DNA from: Moniliella sp. 'wahieum'
Taxonomy: Eukaryota
Direction of reading: 5' to 3'
DNA length: 64,000 nt
NCBI GenBank assembly: GCA_003971905.1
Contig: RSEE01000013.1
Location: 744,001-808,000, forward strand
Below are positions 51,824-61,796 of this stretch, in pieces. The position numbers were made by a program, and so were the translations under genes. Every line of letters starts with the position of its first letter. Within the stretch, counting starts at the first letter, position 1. A model generated the notes under the pieces. The model had not been told where the DNA came from. It was given only the letters and a program-made list of their open reading frames with translations, and did not search any database.

Positions 51824-52655
51824 CCAGCCTTGGGCAACCCACCACAGCAAGCCCATCTGCTTGGGCACCACCGCTGCCGCCTCGCCCCCGCATGGCAGCA
51901 CGCCACCCCGCACGCCTCCTTGCGTTTGCCCTTGCATTTGCCCTTGCATTTGCCCTTGCATTTGCCCTTAGGCCTTACGCTTGCCCGTGCCGCGGGCCCT
52001 GGCTTGACACGATCGGGTGCAAGGATGTGCAACGCCACAGTCTTGGACTGGGTTGGTCCGCCCACGGTGGATGATGGGGCGGATGACGGTGGTGTGGCTG
52101 TTCCTTTTGCACATGCTTGGCACAGCCTGCACGCTGCACGGCAGCCGGGATGCCGGGGAGACGCCTAGTTGCCGGTGCCAAGCCTGCGCCTCATCGCTGT
52201 GTTCACATGCTGTCTGCGTCTCATCCATCGCCAGTGCGTTGAAGCTGGAAGCTTGAAGCGTCTCGCATGGAATAGCGAACGTAGTGGACGTGCACACTGC
52301 CCGTGGCAGCTAGTAGCTCGTAGCTTGTAGTTTGACGCTTGACGCTTGAAGCGCCCACCGAACAAGACTGCGCAGCAGATCAGTGGCGTCCTCCTTCGCA
52401 GGGACCAGCGCCCGAATGGCCTCAGATCCTGTCCGGTGGGATGATTGTGGTTGTGTGAGAACTTTTCGCCGAGAGCTCACCCCCCTCCACCCAGTCAGTA
52501 GCCACTAGAGCCGCCAAAATTGAACACACCACTAGATGCCGGTGACGTGGTTTAAATAAACCCCGCTAGGCTCGGCTAGTTTTTTTTCTTCCTCCATCCC
52601 CCCCCCCGCCATCCCGTCCTCTCGCCCGTGCCCTTGACGTTTCTCTTCCTCTCCC

Positions 52656-54326
52656 ATGTCATCAACGGTGTTGGACTTTGTTGGGATCGGCTATGGTCCC
52701 GCCCACATTTCGCTCTCGGTCGCGCTGCGGGAGAACCTGGGCGGCAGCTTGCCTGCGGGCAAAATTGCGTTTTTGGAAGCCAACCCGCAGTTCCGCTGGC
52801 ACACCTCGCTCCTCTTGCCGGGGGCCATGCTGCAAGTGAGCCCGCTCAAGGACATGGCCATGCTGCGCGACCCCACCTCAAGTTTCACCTACTACAATTA
52901 CCTGTTTACCCAAGGCCGCCTCGCCGGGTACATCAACCGGTCCGACTCGGTCCCGTCGCGGCGCGAATGGTCGGCGTACCTTGCGTGGGTGCACGGCGAA
53001 TGAAAGCCGAGTCGCCTGAGGATACCATTCGGTTCGGCCACCGCGTCCAGCTCGTCACTCCGCTCGACACGCCCGAAGGGCGCATGTTTGCAATCGATGT
53101 GCGACCCCGACGGGGCCCAGTCGACTCGTCGCGCGCAACGTATCGGTCGCCATTGGCGGCGTGCCTTCCATTCCTTCCCGCTGGGCCGACACGTACGCCC
53201 AAGACCAAACCCACTCGGTCCCGCGCATCCTTCATTCGGGGCAGTACCTGCCGGGCCTGCGACGCATCCAGGCGCACTTGCCGCCCAAGCCGCGCATTGC
53301 CGTCGTCGGCTGTGGCCAAAGCGGAGCGGGGAAATCACACTCCACCTCCACGCCCTCTTGCCCAGCGCCGAGATTGAGACCGTGTACCGGCGTCCGGCGG
53401 TGGTGCCTTCGGACGATAGCGCGTTTGTCAATGGTGCAGCGTTTGACCCGGAATCGACCGGTGCGTTTTGGCGCCAGCCGCTGGCGGAACGGCAGGTCCG
53501 CTTGGACGAGTGGCACCGGACCAACTATGGCGTGGTGCACCCGCACACATTGGATGCGCTGTACGAAACGACGTACCAGCAGCAAGTCGAGCAGTTGCCG
53601 GTCGAAGACGAGTTGCTGGGTCAGACCGACCACACGGGCACCATCCTTCTTCGACCCAGCACCACCGCCACGCCCGTCGAGCTTGGTGCGGACGGCGTGC
53701 TGCTACGTCTGGACAATGCCAGCACGTCGGCGGTGGAGCAAGTGCGGTACGACCTGGTGTGTGCTTGCGACCGGCTTCCAGCGTAAGGTCGCCTACCATC
53801 CTGCCCTGGCTCCCTTGGCGGACGACTACCCGCTCGCCACGGCCCTTACGCCGCTGGAGGCCGAGCCCGATGCACCGCAGGAACCTGCCGCGGGCGCAAC
53901 CGGCCCAACGGCCGACATGCAACGTGCCGCCGCTCGCGGTATCACAAGGGACTACCGTCTGGTGAGCCGGGCCGAGCGCGACGCGCACCGCAGTCTGCCT
54001 TCTTCCCCCGGCAGCGCAGAGAGCCACATGGTGGTATCACAAGCGACGCTGGTGGAGGAACCTGTGGCGCTCTTACCACGGGTGCAATCTATGTCTTGGG
54101 ACCCAACGAAGCCACCCACGGCCTGTCCGACTCGCTCCTTTCCGTTGCCTCGGCCCGCGCGGGGGAGATTACAGAATCGTTGCGCCAACGCGGCGTACTG
54201 GCCCGCCTCGGCCACGGCCTGCCCCGGCCAGCTTCGGCAGAGAGCTCGGCAGACGAATTGGTGAAACCGATTGTTCCAATCGTCGCTGCTGCTCCGGCTG
54301 CTCCGGCTCCTGCAGTCGCCCTCTGA
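52656..54326 (+). CDS. sid1: L-ornithine N5-monooxygenase (hydroxamate siderophore biosynthesis, Sid1/SidA)
   Basis: FAD motif DFVGIGYGP, FRWH..LLLPG..LQVSPLKD, PSRREWSAYLAW, ILHSGQY, NADPH motif IAVVGCGQSG, PSDDSAFVN..FDPE, TNYGVV, LATGF and EATHGLSDSLLS. Frameshifted. Confidence 0.93.
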
Positions 54327-55580
54327 GATCTCAGTGTGAGATTTGACCGGTCTGACCCGCCGTCGCTGCCTCGTTTGCGTTTCTGTCCCGCGCTCTGCCC
54401 TGACTAGTAGTGATTTGACCTGGTATGAGCCCATGAGCCCCTGCTACTTGCTTCGTACATGTGTCGTGCCTTGCCCTCGCCCCACGCGGCTGGGATGGGG
54501 CACGCTTGCTCCACACCTGCCATGGGAACCAAAACCATCGATCATGCTTCTCCGTCCGAAGGGACTTGGCGTGGACCTGTGTACCATAGATGTTTTCGTT
54601 TCGTGGGGAAATCCGTCCTGAGGGCCTGAGGCCTGCGGCCTGATCGATGATCGATGATCCCGACGGCGGTGACCTCGACCCAGTACTCATATACCTAAGG
54701 TAGGTGGAACGAGGTTCAAGAGGATCGCGCTATCAGCTTGAAGCTTGAACCATGGCAGTGGGCTTGGCGAGTGACGGGGGCTAGTGGCTCGTGGCTAATG
54801 CATAATGGCTAAAATAATGGTGCTAGTGATGCTGCGGCGGATATGGGGCGGGTGCGGCTGGGGTTAGCACTTGGCGCTTAGCAACGGTCGGAAACGCGGC
54901 CGGGCGGGTGCGAGTTGCACCTTGCGCCTTGGCGGGCAGGACCAGGACAGGCCCAAGCCCAGGGCAGGACCTCGTGGCGCCGATGCGCGGCTGAGCGCTG
55001 ACATGGCTGACAAAGCAGGCAACCCCTCCGCAGCGCACGGGGCGGGTGTGCGGAGGCTGAGAGCTGACAGATTGGCGTGGGACATGTGACAGGTGTGACA
55101 GGTGATGGGGGAGAGTGGCAGGTGCGAGCGGGCGGCTGCCACGGGCGGCATGGGTTTGGTAGTGGCTAGTAGTACTAGTGGCTAATGGTTGGGGAGCGCT
55201 TGAAATTGCACGCCGTGGCATCTCCCCACACGCGTTGGGGCGGGCAGAGTGCGCTGGTGCCTGCTGGTGTGCGGGGCGCGTTGGCTGCGCGGGAGGCGCG
55301 TCTGCCTCGCCTCGATCGCCACGATCGCCTCACTCGGCCAGTTCCTTTCACGCGCCGGCCCCGTCTCGGTGGGTTGGCGATAGTGGCCCAGGCCGCGGAG
55401 CGCGGATTGAATATTCTCCCACGTCACGCGTCACATCCGAGCCAGCACTCACCTCGGCCTCGGGGCTCAGGTGCAGCGTTCAGGGCCAGCGCTAAGCGCT
55501 AAGCGCTACGCTGGAAGCATTCAGCCTCCTGCCCGCCCACTCCCCTTCTACCACCTCGCCATCCCTCCCCGCACCCCCGC

Positions 55581-57288
55581 ATGGCCATCGTCTCCACCCT
55601 GGCCCAGACCGGCCCGCTCACCTCGTCCTGGGCGCCGCCGCCCTCGTCTTCCTCCTCCTCCTCGCCATGTACCCCGACCGGCCCCTCGGCGTGCGCGCCG
55701 CCCAGCCCGGCATCCCCACCCCCCCCGGCTGCTACGCCTTGTCGGTCACTGGTGGTTGGTCCGCCAAGGCCTGCTGGGCAAGCTCGAAGGCGTGCTTCGC
55801 TTCATCCTCCAGTACCAGCAGAACATTGCTCCTGGCGGAATGCCCCTCAGCTTCTGCATCCCTTTAGTCTCCGGGCCGCACCCTCGTTCTCAATCGGCCC
55901 GAGTACATCGAGTACATCCAGAAGACCAACTTTGACAATTACCCCAAGGGCTACTTCCAGGGCTCTACCATGGCCGACTGCTCTCCCCGAAGGCATCTTT
56001 GTCGCCGACGGCAACACCTGGAAGCAAGTAAGTGCGCCCCCACTCCCCGCCCCTGTACATCGCGCCGACGCTGACATTCCTTTGGTCCTTAGCAACGCAA
56101 GTTGGCCAGCCGCATTTTTAGCGTCAACAATTTCCGCGAGCACGTCCAGACCACTGTGCACCAGCAGATTGGGCGTCTGCAAGGCCTGGCGAGCGAGTGT
56201 GCCGCCGAGTCGACGCGGGTCAACCTACCGGACCTCATGTTCCGCTTCACCCTTGACTCGTTCCTCGAAATGGCGTTTGCCGCGCCGCTGGGCAGCCTAC
56301 CCGCCGAACCCAAGGGCCTCGCTCACAATGTTGCGTTTGCCAAGGCGTTTGATTGGGCCCAAGTGGTGGTGATGAAGCGCTTTCTCAACCCGCTGTGGAT
56401 GTGGACCGAGCCCTTCACACTCGACCGGGCGCAAGATGCGAGAGGCAATCAAGACGATGCACGGCACGTGCACCCAGATATTGACCAGCGCTTTGCCGCC
56501 ATCGAGCGGGGCGATACGAATGTGAGCAAGAGCAAAGGGACAGGGAAAGATTTGTTGCAGTTGTTCATTGACCAGGGCTGTGATCGCGACATGCTGGTCA
56601 CCGTCTGTCTCAACTTTATCATTGCCGGACGCGACACGACGGCGCAAGCGTTGGGCTGGGCGTTTTACATGCTGCATCAGAACCCGCGCGTGGTGGCCAA
56701 GTTGCGCCAGGAAGTGGCCGAGGTGTGGGCGCGCCCGAGTCGCAGCGTCCGATGGACTATGACGATCTGAAGCACACCCTACGCCCAAGCGGTGTTTAAC
56801 GAGACGTTGCGCTTGTGGCCGTCGGTTCCCAAGAATGCCAAGCTGGTGCTGGAGGACGATGTGATTGTTCCGTCGACCTCGTTCAAGGAGGGGTACGGCA
56901 CGGGCGTGGAGCCAGTTCGGCCGGGCCAGCTGCCGAATGTGTTTGCGCAAAAGGGCACCACTGTGCTCTGGTCCGATTGGGTCATGGGTCGCATGCCCGA
57001 AATTTGGGGCGAAGATGCACGAGTTCAAGCCCGAACGGTTCTTGCACCCGGACGGCACCTTGCGCACCTTTAGCCCCTACGTCTTCCATGCGTTCAACGC
57101 CGGGCCTCGCTTGTGCCTCGGCCAGACGCTGGCCACGTACGAAGGGTGTGCAGTGATGGCGGCCTTGCTGGGCAAGTTTGACGTCCAGGTTTGACGACGA
57201 GCTGGCCGCGTCTCCACCCGACTTTGCCGAGTCGCTGACACTGCCCATCAAGAACCAGTACTATGCGCGGTTTGTGCCGCGCGAGTAA
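55581..57288 (+). CDS. Cytochrome P450 (CYP86/CYP52-clan-like, fatty-acid hydroxylase type)
   Basis: IEYIQKTNFDNYPKG, GIFVADG..W..QRK, I-helix AGRDTT, ETLR (ExxR), KPERF and heme motif FNAGPRLCLG. Intron 56028-56092. Confidence 0.93.
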
Positions 57289-57876
57289 CGAACGAGTCAG
57301 GCCGGCAGACGGTTGGTGTTTCGTCTCGATGGTTTATTGTGGTTCACGGCATCATGCATTCTGCATCCTGCTTTGGTGTTGTTCAGATTATGTACCCCCC
57401 ATGACGGAGAGGAGGCACAGAGGTACAGGCTGTGGTGTTAGGCCATAGGCGCACGGACATGGGGTTTTGTTTGGTTTGGGGCTCTGCCAACCGAACTGAA
57501 CTCGATGCAGGTGAGACGTTGAGTCGGAGTCGGTCTCAGTCGGGGCCTGGTGGGATCCAGATCCGAGATCCGAGATCCGAGATCTGAGGTCTGAGAATCT
57601 GACAGCCGCCCGTGTTGGTTCCAGCATACCATTTGAGTTTGTTTTTCTTTTCTTTTTTTTTCGTGGCAACAGTGCACAGACCACCGGGCCTGGCGCGTGA
57701 CGCGTGACGCGTGACAGAGGTGCCGTGTCGCTCTGTCCCTGGGAGGTACAACGTGCAACACTCAGGCTGCGTATCTAAGCCGCAGCAAGAGTCGGATCCA
57801 GTTGTGGCCAACCCACCAGTCAACAGAAGCGCTGGCTTGGCCTCGCCGTTCCATCCGTCCATCCATCCATCCATTC

Positions 57877-58885
57877 ATGTCGTCCGCCTCCTCTGCGTTG
57901 CCGTACCGGTGGCTGTCGGCGCCTGCGCCCCGGCGCTTCCGAGCGGGTACACAGAGCATGTGCTGGAGCGTCCCGACGGTGCGAGGATGTACCTCGAGTG
58001 GAACGCTTCCTCGCGTCAGTTTGCCGACAGCCTGGGCCCGCCGGTCTTTCTCCATGGCGGCTTGGCCAGCAGCGAATGTTGGGCGCATCAGATCGAGCAC
58101 GTGCTGCAGACTACGTCCCGCAGGCCAGCCCGCGTGGGTCATCTCGATTGATTCGCGTGGCCAAGGCCGGTCTGGGTTTGGCCAACTCAACTTCCCCGCC
58201 GGCACGACGCCGCGCACGCCGCATCTGACCTACACGCAGATGGGCGACGATACGGTGGCGGTGCTGAGGCGCTGTCGATTGGACGGGCGCGGCTGGTGGG
58301 CGGTCGGACGGGGCGATTTGTGCTTGGACCTGTTGCTACGGTACGCTGAGCACATTGGCACGGCGTATGCGTTTGCTGCCAACTACGATACGAGTGGCTT
58401 GTACCACGGCCCGCCGAGCCCGGCAACGAAAGAATCGATACCGGGACAGGCTATTACCAGCGCGTCAACCCGACCCCGACTGGGACGCGTCAAGGCCGCC
58501 CGTGCATGGCATGTGGACCTCCCAGCCCAACTGGAGCCTGGACCAATTTGCCGATGCAGCGCGGACCAAAACCGCCCCAAGCCCTCTTGACCGCCACCAC
58601 GCCTGGCATCCCAACGCGACGGCGCGCATCTGGATCGTCGATGGCGACCACGAAGAAGCTGTCGCCATCGAACAGGCTTACCAACTGGCCAAGGTCATGC
58701 CCAAACTACCTTGCTCATACCCGCCACCTCGCACTTTGCCATGGTGCAAGACCCCGCGACGTGCAATGCGACCTTGGGACGCCTTCCTGGCGTACCAGCC
58801 CCCGAAGCGTAAAGTGAAGAGCAAAGCGCAGAGCACCCCACCCCCCCACCTGGGTGGGTCCCCGAGCAAACGGGTTGCACGATAG
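57877..58885 (+). CDS. Alpha/beta hydrolase resembling a bacterial family (GWSDG nucleophile), intronless
   Basis: FLHGGLASSECW, IDSRGQGRS, YTQMGDD, LVG[W]SDG (needs a 1-nt insertion at ~58301), AFAANY, MWTSQPNW, IVDGDHEEAV and TSHFAMVQDP, giving a Ser-Asp-His triad. Confidence 0.85.
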
Positions 58886-59301
58886 AATAGTATACTCCCT
58901 GCTCCTCTCGTTCCCCACCCGTCCCTCGTGTCGGGCCCAGCGCCCACTCCGGAATACCTTGTTACACGCACTACTTGCTATACAGTCGGGGCAGCACCAG
59001 GGGGCAGAATACAGTTGTGCCCATTACGGGAAAGAGAAGCAAACAAAGCGAGGTAGCAGGGGAGCACATGCGCCTGCCTATGTGCCGGCCCGCCACTCCG
59101 CTGGTCTGCTGAGAACTGCAGGAGGGGAGGATGCCGGGGAGAGGGGGGGGAAGGGAAGGAGGTGGAAGGGAACGGGAACGGGGTGTTTTTGGATGAGCGA
59201 GCAACGGACTGCGAGGGGCAAGCGAAGGATGAGAACTCGCCCCGGGGAGGAACCAACAAGGGACACGAGCGAGAAAAAAAGGCAAAGAGGAGCAAAAACG
59301 T

Positions 59302-60616
59302 TTAGCTGAGGAGGGAGAGAGAGAGCAAAAAAGAGGGGTGTTTTGCTGAGGAGAACGTGGAAGGGTGCGTAGACAAAGGCCAAGAAGAATAAAAGGAGGA
59401 AAAAGAAAGGTGGAATGGAAGGGCCAGAGCCAGGGGATGGGCCGCAGGGGGACGGCGATAGCAACGGCAACGGGGACGGGGCCGGCATTTACGCATGGGC
59501 CAAGACAAACGGGTTGGGCCCCGACGCTTGCAGCGGGTCCGCACTGACCGACTGGTGCGGCTGCAACGCAGCCCAATCGGGCAAAGGCGCAAACGAGTCG
59601 TGCGGGTTGAACGTCGAGGCATCGTACATGCTCAACGAGTCGGCCGAGAATCATCGACTGCCGCTGGCCGGGACGATAACCTGAGACTGGCGCGCTTTCG
59701 AGATACGAGACTGGCGCGGTGCACCGCGCCGGCCCCCCGGCTACGGCGACCGACAAAGTCATTCTTCCTGGTCCCACCGCGTGCTTGCGGCCGACCGACG
59801 CCAGGGCCGGTCGAAGTCACCGTCTTGCGTCGGGCAGGGAGGTTGCCTTCGGGCATATCGGCCGGGGAGGGGTCCATGTAGCGCAAGGTGCGCGACATGC
59901 GCGATTGGCGGCGGGATTTGGCCGTGGTAGATTGACGCGAGGTGGTAGAGAGACGGTACTTGCTCATCCGTTTCCCATTCGACGCCGGTGGCGGCCATCA
60001 ATCACTGTGCTCCGTCGGGCCCGTTCGCGATCCAGACGTGTCTCGGCCGCCTGCGGGAAGCGTCGTCGGCATCGGGAACCGGCCATGTTGATGGTCATTC
60101 GCGGCCGTTGTAGTTAACCATGCCAGGCGCGCTCGGCGCCGGGGCACTGTCGTAAGGCAACAGCGAGGCTGGCGTAGCGGAAGAAGCCAAAGCGCCCGGG
60201 CCACGTCGGGCGGCCGCCGCAGGACCCGGGAAGTCTACCCCAGAGAACCCGATCGGCCATGAAGAGAAGCATTGCCAGCCAAGCTCACCGCTGACTCCCC
60301 CCCCAGCTAGGGGGGCTGCGGAGCCAAGCAAAGCCTTGTGGTCCACATCAAGTGGCGACTTGCTCGTCCCGATCGCATCCGACTTGGGACGGGATGCGGC
60401 ACTGGGCTGGAACATGCTCGGTTGGGCTGGGCCAGCCTGGGCGTAGGGGAAGGCCTCTTGCCGGGGCGCGTTGGTGTGGCTCAAGATGGAGGCGAGCAGG
60501 ATGCACAGGACAAAACACGCCGGCCAGCACGCAGATCATGGCAATAATCGCATTGATCGTGATGCCCAGGGTGTTGTCGAAGCGGAGCAGTTGGGTCCGG
60601 CCATGGTCTTGACCAT
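59302..60616 (-). CDS. Hypothetical single-pass membrane protein
   Basis: N-terminal hydrophobic helix LGITINAIIAMICVLAGVF followed by Ser/Pro-rich ORF fragments. Boundaries uncertain. Confidence 0.4.
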
Positions 60617-61541
60617 GGAATTGACGGCTTGCGGTCGCCAGTCTCGATGGAAGAGGAGGCGCTGCTGGAGACCGACACGGCGGCGGACAAACGCATGCGG
60701 AAGATGGGCGAATGGGCGTGGGAGTAGGTGGGGCAGGTGGGGGGGGAGGGGAGGGGAGGGGGAGGGGAGGGGAGAGGGGGGAGGGGGCGGTAATGAGCGT
60801 GTGGGGGTGCGGGTGCGGGTGCGGTGCGGGTGCGGGTGGTGTGGTGTGTGGGTGGAGATGGGGCGGGAGGCTAGGGAAGGGAGTCAACCCAGAGGAAACG
60901 AGCGGTAAAGGGGTGTGGGAGCGGGGGATGGGCGAGCGGCGGACAACAGGCGACACCGCCAGCAGTGCCGTGCGCAGGGGAGGGATGAGGGAGGTGGGTG
61001 GGGGCGGAGGGGCGGAGGGGCGAGGGACGGGACGAGGAAGGAGGAAGAAGGCGGAAAGGAGTGGGCCAGGCCAGTGGCACCACAGGTGTGGGCTGCGGCT
61101 GCTCGGTCGCGCCGTGCTGCGCTGCGCCAAGCACTGCTCGGCTGGGTCGGGCGCCACCGAAATGGGGCGCGCGGCAGAGTGGCAGTGTGCCGCCACGCTG
61201 GCACCCGAGCGCTGCGAGCGCAGGCGCACAGGAGCACACGCCCGCCACTGTGCCCTGGAGGCCAAGACTACTCGGCACACGCACGCTGGCCTGGTGCTGC
61301 CTGGTGCGCCGCTCGGGCGCGGCCGTGGGGCCGCACGGAGACGGAGTGTACTGAGCACTGGCCCCGCGCGCCCGCGCCTGGCCACACAGGCGCCGCGCCA
61401 CAGATCGCGTGATCGCCCCCCGAACCGGTGAGACTCGGCCCCACTGCGATCGGCCAGGCGCCCAAGCCACAGCGGCTGGGTGCGGCCATCCAGCGCGCGC
61501 ACCAGCCTCCCGCAACCCACCCGATGGCCGCGCACAGAGGG

Positions 61542-61796
61542 TGCTAGGCCCTAGCTAGTCCGTACCTCAATTCAATATGCAACCCGCCAGCCTCGCTACC
61601 ACCCAAGCGCTTTGCTATTGCATCCACAACCACAACTGTCGGCCTCGCTACTACCACAGAATGTGAGCACTGAACGTCGTATTGGACTAAGAAGCTTCTG
61701 CGACTGACTCGTCCAGAAGACTGGTGCGAGCTCGGAAGGAATGAAAGCTGACTCACGTGACTCAGGGTCCGCGCGGTCCTAGGACGGATGTCAACA
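61542..61796 (-). repeat. Putative 3' LTR (~255 bp) of the copia element
   Basis: On the minus strand a purine-rich AGCGGGG precedes TGTTGACA (61796). The candidate end ..CTAGCA at 61542 coincides with an abrupt GC shift. The second LTR is outside the window. Confidence 0.55.

Noticed and set aside
237..58885. Programmed ribosomal frameshifting or an alternative genetic code explaining the broken ORFs
   Set aside because: Shifts go in both directions at scattered sites without slippery heptamers, and standard stops end the genes; sequencing indels are more parsimonious.
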